Shown piece by piece: positions 40,136-53,850 of a stretch of 64,000 nucleotides of DNA. The stretch lies in the NCBI GenBank assembly GCA_951406725.2, contig OX597830.1:21080001-21144000 (forward strand), read 5' to 3'. How positions within the stretch are numbered: position 1 is the stretch's first letter; every line of letters begins with the position of its first letter. The translations under genes were made by a program, and so were the position numbers. Under the pieces are notes generated by a model. That model made no database searches and was not told the DNA's origin. It worked only from the letters and a program-made list of their open reading frames with translations. This DNA comes from Octopus vulgaris (lineage: Eukaryota).

Positions 40136-41263
40136 TTTTGATTCAGTCAACTGAACAGCCTGCTTTTGAAATTAACTTGCAAGTGGCTGAGTACTTCGCA
40201 GACATGCATACCCATGACAGAGTTCTCTGGGAGATTCAGTGTGACACTGAATGTAACAATGCCGACCTTTGGAATTACGGGTCCAAATGATTTTTTGCCA
40301 GCTGAGTAGAATGAAGCAACACTCTGCACTACTGAGAATTGAACCCATGACCTTAAAACTATGTGCTGAATACCCTAACCATTAAGCTATGGGCCTTCAC
40401 AACAGTCTCGAAAAATCATCTATATATTGTTCTGTTGGTGCTGCTGCCAAGTCTGTGGTTGACCAAAGTTTCTATGGCTAATGATATTTTTTCCATTCTT
40501 GGACCAATCTGTTTTTGAATGCTCTCTCTCCTCTCCCCTTCTCTCTCTCACCCTTTTCTCTCCCCCTCTCTCTCTCATGTCTTTTTACTACTCTTCCCAA
40601 CTCCTTCCTGCTTCTTTCCTTTTCAATTTGCTATTGGTGGGCGGTGGCAGTGGTGGTGGTGGTGGTGGTGGTTGCGTTTTTATTTATTTCGGGAATTTAA
40701 AAAAAAAAATTTTTTTTGGTGTTAGTATTTTTCATACACATACACACACACATACAAGCACATGCATTATTCACACACTCATATGTTTCTATAATTTAAT
40801 TTGCACTGATATTAACATTTTGCGGTGGTGGTGTTGATTGTGTAAATTTGTACTTTTAATGACTCTGTGTGCAATCATATTTGTGTACAAACATATGTAT
40901 ATATATATATAAATATATAAGTATGTGTATATTTATATATGTGTTTTGATTTGACATTTTTCTTGTTTTTAATTTGTTTTGATGAGCGAAACTTTTGCAA
41001 GATAAAGGGGAAAAGAAAAGACAAAAACAATGGCAATGCAACAGAATCTGCCCCTTTGCTGTTACCCTGAGTTTCAGCTGTGAGTGCACAGTGCAGGGTC
41101 TTCAGGTGAGTTGCATACCTGAAGACCGTCTCTTTGCATGCAAGTGAAACACCAGGGCAGCAAGAGACTGGCTTGACCGAAAGAAAAATATGACGAATCT
41201 CTGCTATGATGTTGAGTACGCTATCTTCTGATAGCCCAACACTGAATGAGTGTGTGTACATAT

Positions 41264-41363
<100 letters not shown>

Positions 41364-41526
41364 ATGATGATGTATGATATATATATATCTGTAAATGTAA
41401 TATGTGATGAGTATTGGTAGCCATGACATAACTGAGTTTTGGATGTTGGGGTGGAAATCCATGCCGCCATCTCTTCAGTTATCCGGCCGGAAAAAATGCT
41501 ATGAAAATGTGTGAGAGGACACAGTT

Positions 41527-41598
41527 TCGACGAAGAAATATGTGGGCCTTACAAAGGGTAATTTCAAGGCCAGTTTCAATAATCACACCTTGAGCTTC
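41527..41598 (+). pseudogene. PLE GIY-YIG endonuclease fragment
   Basis: Manual translation STKKYVGLTKGNFKASFNNHTLSF resembles the YIGLT..FK.R..NH..SF motif of PLE GIY-YIG domains. Lies between (TA)n tracts. Confidence 0.6.
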
Positions 41599-41664
41599 TA
41601 TGTGCATGTGAACATATATATATATACACATATATATATTATATATATATATATATATATATTA

Positions 41665-41874
41665 TGACTTTGATCACTTTGACCGACCAGTCCGTCAGGC
41701 GTCCATTTGACACCACTGGTCACAGCACGCTGTCCACTCCTCTCTGGATCGCGCCTTTCTCATCCATGTGATCCCAATCGTCCTCTTGAAGTCGTCACTC
41801 CACCGTCGTGGAGGTCTTCCGGGTGGTCTTTTCCGCTCACGCAGGTACCTCTCGACAACTGCGTGTGTCCACCG

Positions 41875-41877
<3 letters not shown>
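41665..41877 (-). mobile_element. RTE-like LINE ORF2 C-terminal fragment, second family
   Basis: [48 protein letters not shown] matches the RTE C-terminal pattern RWT...W.P...KR.RGRP..RW.DD....W...A.DR..W. Flanked by (TA)n. Confidence 0.8.
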
Positions 41878-41937
<60 letters not shown>

Positions 41938-41988
41938 GTACATGGGTGTATGTATATAGATATATATGTATGATAGTGTATGTATATA

Positions 41989-42027
<39 letters not shown>

Positions 42028-42179
42028 GTGCGCATCTATACATACACATACACACTAATTATATTTGCTACTAATTGTTGGTATTAATTAGAATTGTTGT
42101 GTGGTGTTAGTTCACTTCTGGTAGTTTTACTTACCACATTCCATTAATGGTTTTAAACATATTTTTACTCACTCACATT

Positions 42180-42244
<65 letters not shown>

Positions 42245-44520
42245 GTCTGTCTGTCTATCACTTATACACTTTGTGTCGCTCTTTCTCTCATTCTTATCTA
42301 TCTTTCTCTCATTTTTTACTCCTTTACTCTCACTCTTCCTTCCCACATTTTCTTCTTCTTCTCTCTCTCCTTCTCTCTCACTCTTTCTCTCTGATTCTCA
42401 ACTCTTTTAGTCTCTCTTCTTTTCCTTCTTCACTTTCCTCATTTTCTCTTTCTCTCTCTACTTCTTTCTCTTTCCTTCACTCTTATTCAGGTAAGATTTC
42501 AGCTTTATTTCTTTCATTTTATTTATTTATTCTTCGTTTACATTCTTTCTTCCTTCCTTCCTTCTTTCTTTCTTTCTTTCTTTCATAGATAATTTTTCCT
42601 TTTTGTTAAAACTTCAAGAAAGTCTAATTTATGAAAGTTTATTAAACATGAAAAAGTTTTAAAAATTAAGTAATAATTAATGTAAATTAATCATTAATCA
42701 ACTTTAATTTTAATTTTAAAAAAAAAGTGTTTTGAAATGTCCATATTATTTATTGTCATTATTAGTAGAATCTTTAGCACACCAGTAAATTTTTAACCCC
42801 CCCCCCACTTCTTTCAGGGTTAAATAAAATTAATTCCCAGAGGTTAGGGGTCAATTTAATCAACCCTATTTTCATCTACCACCATTACTTTTTCTGAAGT
42901 TAGTAGCCTTGTGTCAAAGTCAGAAATTATTATTATTATTATTATTATTATTATCATCATCATCATCATCATCATCATTAATAATAATAATTATTAATTA
43001 TTATTATTAATAATTATTAAGTATTAATTATTATTATTATTATATTATTATTATTATTATTATTTCTGGGGTGGTAAGGTGACGAGCTGGCAGAAACATT
43101 AGTACATCAGGTGAAATGCTTAGTGGTATTTCATCTGTCTTTACATTCTGAGTTCAAATTCCACCAAGGTTGACTTTGCCTTTCATCCTTTCAGGGTCAA
43201 TAAATTAAGTACCAGTTGCGTATTGGGGTTGATCTAATCAACTGGCTTGCTCCCCAAAATTTTGAGCCTTGTGCCTAGAGTAGGAAAGATTATTTTTTTA
43301 GGATGGTGTTATTTATATCAAGGGTGGACAAGCAGGTGGTGGGTTCAGTTCCTTACTTAATCTTATCTTATTGCCCATCCCCTCAAAATATTTTCACTCT
43401 TCCAACCACCAAGCCATTCTAGCACACCCATCGTTATATTAAACTGAATACAAGTGGGTACTTCAGGGTGGTTGCTTGACATATTAGAAACAGCAGCCAA
43501 GTTTTCCCTCAGATCTCCCCACCTACTGTTTTAAGAATAGGAAATATGTACATTCAATATCATGATTATAAATGCATCTAATCTGACAGGATGGTCACTG
43601 CTGGAACACTTTTGAAGCATAGGACTGCTCTATCAGGACTGACCTGACTTGGAGCTAAACAAAGAACGACCCCTTACACCACCCCACCTCAATATTGCAT
43701 CATCATCATCGTCATCATCATCATCCACTACTACTACCACTACTCCTACTTCTGCCATTACTAATTCTATCACTACTATTTCCACCGCCACCACCACTAT
43801 CACGATCACTACTAACTAGTACTACTACCACCACTACTCCTATCACCACCATAACTACTACCACCACCACTACATAGCTTTAACGACCCCCTCCTTTAGT
43901 TAATGATGGCAATCCCTGATATTTGAAACCAAGTACCTCAAATACTTTGACACCTGTGTTACAGTAGGGTAACAAGCATAGTTAGAGTAATGTTAATTAC
44001 ATCATTGCTGTGGCGGTGGCGGCGGCGGCGGTGGTGGTAGTGGTGGTGTGACTGGTTAGTGCTGCCCTAACCTCCTTCTGGCAACCACTCCTCCACCACC
44101 ATTCCCTTCGCGCTTCCCTGTTATTCCCAGAGAGACCACTAAGCCTTGAAGTTTTGATAAGGCTTCCCCTTATGTATGTCTGTAAGTGTCGTGGATTCTA
44201 CAAGTCGGCCCTTGGGCCGACCAATCCTTTGCGAGTGAATTTCGTACACAGAAAATGTATGGAAACCTGTTGTGGACATTTTGTTTGTTTGTTTGCTTAA
44301 TGGTTGTTTTTATCCATAGTGGCATTGCTTAGATTGTGGCAGGGGGATGGAGTGGAGTTATTGGGTGGGGGGGGGGGGTAGGATTTTTGCAGTTGGGTGC
44401 TCTTCCTGTCACCAACCTGTTTGTAGTTTAGAAATTTTATATACGTATGTTTGTGTGTGTGTGTGTGTGAGGGAACAACAAATAGGTTTATTAGTTTGAC
44501 ACTCAAGAAGAATGAAAAAG

Positions 44521-44557
44521 TCATTGACATTTCGAGCCTACGCTCTTCGTCAGAAAG
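44521..44557 (-). ncRNA. Minimal hammerhead motif
   Basis: Minus strand: cttt-CTGACGA-a-gagc-gtag-gctc-GAAA-tGTC-aatg. Stem I is weak. Confidence 0.55.
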
Positions 44558-44729
44558 GCTTGAGGGGAGGGGGAAAATGGAGAGAGCACAAAAAAATAAA
44601 AACAGAGAGAGAAAAAAAATATGTGGCTTGTTTATAAAGCCTGATAGTTATTCTATTAGTCTCACTTGCCAGACTGCTAGGTTATGGCAACACCAGTTTT
44701 AAGCAGTGATGGGGGACAAAAAGAGAATG

Positions 44730-44765
<36 letters not shown>

Positions 44766-45433
44766 GATAGGCTTCTTTCTGTTTCTGTCTACTGAAGCCA
44801 CTCAAGGCTCCAGTCGCCTTGAGGTTATAGTAGAAACACTTGCCCAAGGTTCCATGCAGTGTAACTGGTTGGGAAGCAGGCTTCTTACTGCACAGCTACA
44901 TCTTTTAACGTGTTTTCTACACATTTCCACGGTGCGGATGATTTCATAGGATCCCGCAATCTGCAGGGCTGCACCGGGCCCTAATAATAGATTTCCCAAC
45001 CGCTAATCAGGTCTGTATCTGTTGCACACTTTTGCAAATGCATCATTATACAAATGTATATGATGAGCGTCATGTTATCTAAAGCCTATACACTTACACA
45101 CACACACATATGTTAACAGACACATTAACACACACTCACACAGAGTATCAGGTTATTCGGACACATACACGGTGTCAAGTTACCAGGATTGAAAACACTC
45201 ATGCCACTCACAAATGAGGAAATGTGCCTTTATGTGGTTATTTTGCCAGCTAGTAACAGCAGTCAAATCTCCTACGAATTATACTTAACTATCTGAAATT
45301 TAAAAATATAGCAAATAGCATAATGTCCCTTGTGTGTGTGTGTGTATTTATGTATGTGTCTGCATAAATATGTGTGTGTGTGTATGTGTATTTATGTATG
45401 TATGTGTCTGCATATATATGTGTGTGTGTGTGA

Positions 45434-45760
45434 AGGTGCATGGCTTAGTAGTTAGGGTATTTGGCTCGCGATCGTAAGGTCATGAGTTCAATTCCTGGCA
45501 ATGTGTTGTGTCCCTGAGTAAGGCACTTTATTTCACATTGCTCCAGTCCACTCAGCTGACAAAAACGAATTGAACCTGTAATTCAAAGGGTCAGTCTTGT
45601 CCCATTCTGTGTCATGTTCAATCTCCCTAAGAAACTATGTTATGGGTACGCGTGTCTGTGGAGTGCCCAACCACTTGCACGTTACTTTCACAAGCAAGCT
45701 GTTCTGTTGATCATATCAGCTGGGACCTTCGTCATCATAGCCGACAGAATGCTCCTTCAT
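45434..45760 (+). mobile_element. tRNA-derived SINE family C (copies at 1357-1701 -, 21230-21450 -, 40138-40398 -; heads at 26100-26176 and 59620-59690)
   Basis: A-box TGGCTTAGTAGTTAGG, B-box GAGTTCAATTCC, CORE-like GTGTCCCTGAGTAAGGCACTTTATTTCACATTGCTCCAGTCCACTCAGCTG. The 3' tails differ between copies. Confidence 0.8.
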
Positions 45761-45852
45761 ATATATATGTGTGGTAAATAAACTGCCGTCTAAATTACGC
45801 AAAAATGAAAATGACACAAAATCTCATTTTAACAGATATATTTACCCAAATT

Positions 45853-46223
45853 ACAAGTGTCTTCAACTATAGCCCTCAAGTCAACCAAACCGTTGTGAGT
45901 AGCATTGGTAGACAGAGACTGAAAGAAGCCCATCGTGTGTATGTGTCTGTGTTTGTCCCCCACCACCACTTGAGAACCAGTGTTGGTGTGTTTATATCCC
46001 TATAACTTAACAGTTTGACAAAAGACCCTGATAAAATAAGTACCCCCTTTTTCTAAATAAAGGCACAGGAGTGGTTGTGTGGTAAGTAGCTTGCTTACCA
46101 ACCACATGGTTCCGGGTTCAATCCCACTGCGTGACACCTTGGGCAAATGTCTTCTACTATAGCCTCGGGCCAACCAAGGCTTTGTGAGTGGATTTGGTAG
46201 ACGGAAACTGAAAGAAGCCCGAC

Positions 46224-46261
<38 letters not shown>

Positions 46262-46452
46262 TTATGTGTCTGTGTTTGTCCCCACCCCCAACATCGCTTG
46301 ACAACCAATGCTGGTGTGCTTGCATCCCCGTAACTTAGCGGTTCGGCAAAAGGGACCGATAGAATAAGTACTAGGCTTACAAAGAATAAGTCTTGGGGTT
46401 CATACATTTGACTAAGAAGATTGTTCAAGGCGTTGCCCCAGCATGGTCACAG
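45853..46452 (+). mobile_element. Two tandem or nested SINE family A copies
   Basis: Partial copy 45853-46045 followed by a full copy from 46061. Confidence 0.85.
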
Positions 46453-47044
46453 CCTAATATAGACAGACAGACAGAAGGACAGACAGGTGCATAGATGAAC
46501 AGACAGACAGATAGATATATGAACAGACTGATGGACAAATGCTGGTTTCCAATGCTGCATCATGAATTTCTATTCCCTCATTAACTTTGGTATTTCCTAA
46601 ATCTCCTAAAGAGTAAGCAAACACACACAAACACACACTTGTTCACTTCATAATTGACACAGTGCAAAGGCAGAAATTTTTCCGTTTCCATAATATTATA
46701 TTTAATGCATTGTAAAGCTTCGACTTATGGCATGTAACTTTAATACTGTCACTCATTTTATTATTATATATCAAGGTTGAAAGGTACGAAAGGGTGCAAA
46801 TTGTGTCGAACATCAAACTATTTGATATTAGCATTACCATTAATTGTTAGCTAATTAGCATTAAATTAGCATTTTTGGTGATGAATTGAAAATTATTCGA
46901 TAATTAATATTTTACAGTTATAGTCTATTGAGGAACTGTGTACCTTGTCAAACTAGCAGTGTATCTATGCATTTGTGTGTTTGTGTGTGTGTGTGCATAT
47001 ATATATGTGTGTATATTATATATATATATGTATGTATATATACA

Positions 47045-47615
47045 TATAGGAGTGGCTGTGTGGTAAGTAGCTTGCTTATGAACCGCATGGTTCTGGGTTC
47101 AGTCCCACTGCGTGGCATCTTGGGCAAGTGTCTTCTACTATAACCTCGGGCCCACCAAAGCCTTGTGAGTGGATTTGGTAGACGGAAACTGAAAGAAATC
47201 CGTTGTATATATATATATATATATATATGTTTGTCCCCCCAACATCGCTTGACAACCGATGCTGGTGTGTTTACTTCCCCGTAACCTAGCGGTTCGGCAA
47301 AAGAGACCGATAGAATAAGTACTAGGCTTACAAAGAATAAGTCCTGGGGTCAATTTGCTCAACTAAAGGTGGTGCTCTAGCATGGCCACAGTCAAATGAC
47401 TGAAACAAGTAAGAGAGTAAAAAAGAGTGTATATATATATATATATATATATTCTTTTATTCTTTTGCTTGTTTCAGTCATTAGCTGGAGCATCATGTTA
47501 TGATGATTTTAGTCAAACAAATCGACCCCAGAACTTATTTCTTAAGCCTAGTACTTATTTTATCAGTCGGTTTTGCTGAACTACTAAGTTACGTGCACAC
47601 ACCAACACCAGTTGC
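47045..47615. mobile_element. SINE family A (+, 47045-47425) tail-to-tail with a 3' fragment (-, 47450-47615)
   Basis: Family A motifs in opposite orientations, separated by (TA)n. Confidence 0.85.
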
Positions 47616-48479
47616 CAAATGTGGGCGCTTTGAGATACTATCACCGTTCCTTGGTCTGCTTTCATTCTCACATTCTCTCTCTCACTCTCTCTCTCTATAT
47701 ATATATGTATATATATATACACACACAAAGACACTAAGACACACACATAGATATATGCATGCATACATACATACACGCACGCACACACACACACACACAT
47801 ACACACATATATATACATATATATATATATATATACATACATACATATATACTCTGTAATGTGGTTGGCATTTGGAAGGGCATCCGACTGTAGGGACCAG
47901 GCCAAATCAGACTGGTATATATGTACATGTGTGTGTGGTGTGTGTGTCTGTGTGTTTGTATATATACACATGTACTCACCTATGTGTATACATGTATTAA
48001 TTTCCTTCATTTCATGTGTGTGTGTGTGTGTGTGTGTGCAATATATGCGTCTTCATATATGTATATGTAAGTACACTATGTTTTTTTTTTCTTTCCCTCC
48101 AGTTCACCCAGATGAAACTAAATCCTTGTGTCTTGTTTTTCTCAGACAGTTGTGAGCTGTGGGTGTGTGTGTTTGTGTGTAGGTGACATGTTTTCCATCT
48201 CTCCCAACAGAATGGTAGAGAATACATGGACGAGGTGTCAGATGTGTGACTACTAGAACCTCAAATGTGGGGGCTTTGGGATGTTATCATCATTCCTTGG
48301 TCTGCTTATATTCTCACCTTCCTCTCTCTCTCTCTCTCTCTCTTATATATATATATATATATATATATATCATCCTCATTTAACATCTGCTTTCCATGCT
48401 AGCATGGGTTGGACGGTTCAACTGGAGTCTGGGGAGCCCGAAGGCTGCACCAGGCCAGTCAGATCTGGCAGTGTTTCTA

Positions 48480-48564
<85 letters not shown>

Positions 48565-48975
48565 TTTTACTTGTTTCAGTCATCGCTTGACAACTGATGC
48601 TGGTGTGTTTACGTCCCCGTAACTTAGTGGTTTGGCAAAAAAGACCGATAGAATAAGTACTAGGCTTACAAAGAATAAGTCCTGGGGTCGATTTGACTAA
48701 AGGCGGTGCTCCAGCATGGCCACAGTCAAATGACTGAAACAAGTAAATGAAAAAAAAAAAATATATATATATATACACACACATACATACCACAACATGG
48801 CCCTCTGTTGTCTTGCCTCCCCTTCAGCACTACCATCTTCTCATATTTAATCCCTCACCTATTTCTTAGTGCAGTCAACCCTGTGTTTCATATTTCCTAC
48901 CCACTCCCTACACACACATTCCTCTTCAGGCTTCCATTTCAATGTGATATGTGTACATATACATATGAGTGTATG

Positions 48976-49008
<33 letters not shown>

Positions 49009-50171
49009 ATAAACCACCTCCTTCCTTCATCCACACCATCCAGATTTTACCCTCTTCTTCTTCTACTTCTTCACCTTCCTACCCCCACCCCCTGGTCTTC
49101 TTCCTCCTGTCCCCCTTTATTTATTCTCATCAATCTACTGGTAGCCTCTGTTTCAGTCCCTAAAGGTAAGAGGAAGAATGAATCTGGGAGATAGGCAACT
49201 GCCACTATATTCTATCCACACCACCACCATCACCACCTCTATCATTATCACCATCATCATCATCATCATTGTAATGGTCATCATCATCATCATCATGATG
49301 GTAGCCATTACCTTCCCCCCCCCCTGCTAGTTTCTCCCCCCACCCCACCCCGCCCTCATTGCTCTGGCATTTTCATCATAGCCAGCCAGGCATCTACTTA
49401 AACCACCTTTGTTCCTGTCTTGGAACCCCCACTGGGAGCAAATTCATTTATTTACCTTCACCACCTCACCCCCCCACACACATCATTCATCTTGGTTCAC
49501 CTCTCACCTCCACTCAAGTCTGCTAGCAGAGTGTTGTTGGTGGAATCACCACTGCTTACCTACCTATCAGCAGCAACATACCAACCCTGTAATTCTTTCT
49601 TGTAAGCGCCCCCCCATCCCCACTGAACACCTTTTAGTGTGTGTGTCTCTGTGTGTGTGTGTTGTTCTTGACTCTCAGCAAGCCATTACCTTTCAACAAT
49701 CTGCTCTTTGTTTCCCAAAGGGGTCAGACAGACAGTCAGAGAGAGAGAGAAGAGTATCCAAGGGATAGTGCCAGTCTCCCTTGTCTCCCTTATATTGTAT
49801 AGAAAAAGGGGGTATGTCTTACAAGGCAACTTGGCCTGTTCAACATGGAATTTCAAAGTCCCTCAAACAAAACCCGTCCCCCTTCTCTTACCCCCTTTTT
49901 CAAAACAGGGACCACATTGAATTCAGCTAGCTATGTCAATCATGGAAGCACTATGTGGTCACTTGACTCACTAGAAATAGCTGCCAAATATTTTCCGTAT
50001 TACACCCTATCATTTTGTAAAATACAAGGATATATCAGATCAGTGGTTCTCAACAGTGGCCCATATAAGATTTTATTGTCGAAATTTATGTATTCAACTG
50101 TATACAACCTGAGCACTGTATACAACAGTTTCTTTCTTTCATATATAATACACAAAATATTTAGTAATTTT

Positions 50172-50575
50172 GGATCTTTTCGGTTTGAACAGCAGTTTTT
50201 TCTAGCGGTGTCATATGAAATTGTCACTCTTGATTATGACCCTAGTATCGATCTATTGCATTTCAATCTGTTTTAGAGTTAGGGTTAGTTAGGGAGGGTT
50301 AGAGGTGGGGGAAGGGTATCTTTTTTTTCTTCAGAAATGTAAATAAACCCAATCTGTTTCTTAAACGAGGGACATTCATACAGCACAGAATATTTTTACC
50401 TCAATAGATGTCATTGATTGGTTGAAATTGAAGAAATTGAAGAAAAAAACAACAAATATCTTACAAACTATAGATTTTTCTCAATAACGCCAAGAGAAAA
50501 AGATATTTTATAAACACATTCTATCAGTATACGAAGTTTAAAATTTTTTAGTTACCTGGAAATTATGTTAAAAAT
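50172..50575. mobile_element. Unclassified non-autonomous element with internal TTAGGG-like repeats
   Basis: GGATCTTTTCGGTTTGAAC start and TTAGAGTTAGGGTTAGTTAGGGAGGGTTAGAG at 50273-50304. Confidence 0.4.
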
Positions 50576-51085
50576 ATATATGTACATACCTACATCTACA
50601 TGTATATATATATGCATATATTGGTACAGGACACCAAAAAAAAATGTAAAACATTAAAACAAAAACATGGAAACGAACTTGTTCAAACAACGAAAAAACA
50701 GAGTACAAGACATACAACACAAGGAATATTCCCCTTCTTCAGCTGCCCCTGTTTCGACTCGTTTCCATGTTTTTGTTTTTATGTTTTCGTTTCTCATTGT
50801 GTTCGACGTTTTTTTGGTGTCCTGTACCCATATATGCATGTATATATACATATAGATGGACATATATGTATGTATATATGCATATGTTTTATTTATCAAT
50901 TTGTTCTTATATGATCGAATGCCACGCATCCACTTCCAAGTAAGTTTTATATATATATATACATATGCATATACATACATATATATATATACATTTATAT
51001 GTATTTTTTTCAATATGTGACCGCGTGCGTATCATTGGCGATTTCTTCCTCTGTCTTCCCTTCCTTGGACTTATCCTTTTTCTGT

Positions 51086-51120
51086 GTTTCTGACGAAGAA
51101 CTCCGCTCGAAACGTTAAAT
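51086..51120 (+). ncRNA. Minimal hammerhead motif
   Basis: gttt-CTGACGA-a-gaac-tcc-gctc-GAAA-cGTT-aaat, with one stem II mismatch. Degenerate relative at 28000-28035 (-). Confidence 0.5.
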
Positions 51121-51201
51121 CCTCCTTCTTTCTTTCCTTTCCTGAGCATCCAATAACAATATATTTGTTCCACGTCCTTTGTGTTGTGATTTCTCTTTGT
51201 T

Positions 51202-51259
<58 letters not shown>

Positions 51260-51436
51260 ATAAATAAATATAAATATACATACATACACACACACACATA
51301 CATAGTATGGGGATTTAGTTCACAGGTGATTCAAACAATTAGTTATGCTAGGTAAGTGCTGTATTGGATTACTGGGGCTCCAAGGTTATAGCTGAGAGGG
51401 TAGTTGTGGAGCCATTGCAGATTTCCAATACAGTGG

Positions 51437-51590
51437 ATATATAATTGTTGAAGAGGACAACAGACATTATGACAAGACAGACACCTCAAGTCGTATACAA
51501 TATTATTATTTTTTTCCAGTAATAATAATGTATATGACTTGTGATGTTTGCCTTGCCTTAATGTTTGTTGTCCTCTTCAACAATTATATA
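51437..51590. repeat. Inverted repeat, ~70-bp arms, ending in (TA)n
   Basis: ATAATTGTTGAAGAGGACAACAGACATTA... pairs with ...TAATGTTTGTTGTCCTCTTCAACAATTAT. Confidence 0.85.
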
Positions 51591-51603
51591 TATATATATA
51601 TAT

Positions 51604-51767
51604 AGGCATAGGAGTGGCTATGTGGTAAGTAGTTAGCTTACGAACCACAAGGTTCTGGGTTCATTCCCACTGCGTGGCACCTTGGGCAAGTGTCTTCTAC
51701 TATAGCCTTGGGCTGACCAAAGCCTTGTGAGTGGATTTGGTAGGCGGAAACTGAAAGAAGCCCGCCG

Positions 51768-51802
<35 letters not shown>

Positions 51803-52155
51803 CTTTGTTTGTCCCCCAATATTGCTTGATAACCGATGGTGGTGTGTTTACGTCCCCATAACTTAGCGGTTCAGATAGAATAAGTACTAGGCTTCCAAAG
51901 AATAAGTCCTGAGGTCAATTTATTCAACTAAAGGCGGTGCTCCAGCATAGCCGCAGTCAAATGACTGAAACAAGTAAAAGAGTATTTCATACAAACACAG
52001 TAAAAACACACACACACACATATATGATGGGCTTCTTTCAGTTTCCATATACCAAATCCACTCGCAAGGCTCTGGTCAGACTGAGGCTATAGCAGAAGAC
52101 ACTTTGCCCAAGGTGCCACACAGTGGGACTGAACCCAGAACCATGTGGCTGAAAA
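51604..52155. mobile_element. SINE family A (+, 51604-51983) plus inverted 5' half (-, 52025-52155)
   Basis: Family A motifs on both strands. Confidence 0.85.
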
Positions 52156-52690
52156 GCAGTATAGATATATGTTTGTCTATCTGTCTGTCTGTATCTATAG
52201 ATAGATAGATATAGTTATCAAAATAAGCCTTGTCATCATTTCATAGCTCCATAACTGCCCACCACCACCAACCACCATCTAAACCCCCCACCCCCACCTA
52301 TCTCAGTACCATTTTTCTCTCCCATAATGTAATTTAGTGAGGATTATTATTGTACCTTATTTTGCACTTGTTTGCCCTCATTTTCTCACCCTCCATCTCT
52401 CCCTCTTCTCTCTCTTCCTTTCACTCTCTATTCTTTTTTTCCATGAGATAGTGGACTGTCATAGCAGCAGCAGTAGCAGCAGTAGTAGTTAAAGCTGTAT
52501 TTTATTTGTTGTTGCTGCTGTTGTTGTTGTTGTTATGATGGCATATTAAGTTCCTGACTTCCTCTCATCTCAACAGTTGACTTACTGTTTTATTATTAAA
52601 TTAATCTTAATTCACTGATGGAGTTTTTTTTTTTTTGAGATGGGGGGGGTCTTTTTTGTTCCTCTACCTCCTCCTTCTCCCCCTCTCTAA

Positions 52691-52736
<46 letters not shown>

Positions 52737-53042
52737 ATATTTTTCTATTGTAAATCCATAGTGTTTTTTTCATCTCCCTGTCTCTCTAAGCACACACCTC
52801 TAAATTACTTTCTCTCACCCTCTCTCTCTCACCCTCCCCATCTCTCCCTCTCTCTCTCACCCTCCCCATCTCTCTCTGTCTCTCTCTCTCTTTGTAATTT
52901 AGCTTTTCCCTAGAAAAACTTTTCCTATTTATCATCTCTCTCTCTCTCTCTCTCTCCGTTTTTACTGTTACTCTATCTCTCTCTCTCGCTCTCCCTTTTT
53001 ACTGTTACTCTATCTCTCTCTCGCTCTCCCTTTTTACTGTTA

Positions 53043-53102
<60 letters not shown>

Positions 53103-53509
53103 TACATTCACACCCAAATTCTTTCCTCTCATCCTTTCCCTCTCTCTAACTCAGCTATTCCTAAAAACTTTTCCTATGGCTGTCATCTTCCCCCCACTCC
53201 CCACTCTTGCTCTCCCTATTCCAGTACCTAACTACCAGGCACTGAACGAGTCACATCACATGCCTCTGCTATGCACCTAGTCACATGACATCATTCTATC
53301 ATAGAGCTGGTCACAGTGCACAATTTGTATTATGTCTGTTACACCATGTCACATATGCCTTGTGGTACAAGTCCACCTTGTTACACACCACATCTGTTTA
53401 TTATGTTATGCTTAATTTATACAACCACACCTGACATACGTTCTACAGTCAGTCATACAAACACTGATATGTGGCATCTCACCTGTTTTCTACTAGTTGC
53501 AGCCCTTGT

Positions 53510-53850
53510 TTGTCACATCACACCTGTCTTACACAACCCATCAAACAACACCTCACTGTCACACTACACCTGTCTGTTACACCACACCTGTCTCTCACAC
53601 CACACCTGTCTATGACAACAATTCCTGTTTGTCAAACTACATCTCTATCACACCACACCTGTCTCTGACTGTCACAATACATTTGTCTGTCACATTCCTG
53701 TCTGTCACAATACATTTGTCTGTCACACCACACCTATCTACCATACCACACCTGCCTGTTTAACCATACTTGTCCTATACAGCCAGTCAAACAACACCTG
53801 ACTGTTACACCACACCTGTCTTCTATCATGAATCAATTAACACCTGTCTA
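53510..53850. repeat. Degenerate ~18-bp tandem repeat
   Basis: CACACCACACCTGTCT.T units. Confidence 0.8.

Noticed and set aside
50273-50304. Telomere or interstitial telomeric array
   Set aside because: Only a few degenerate TTAGGG units inside an apparent mobile element.
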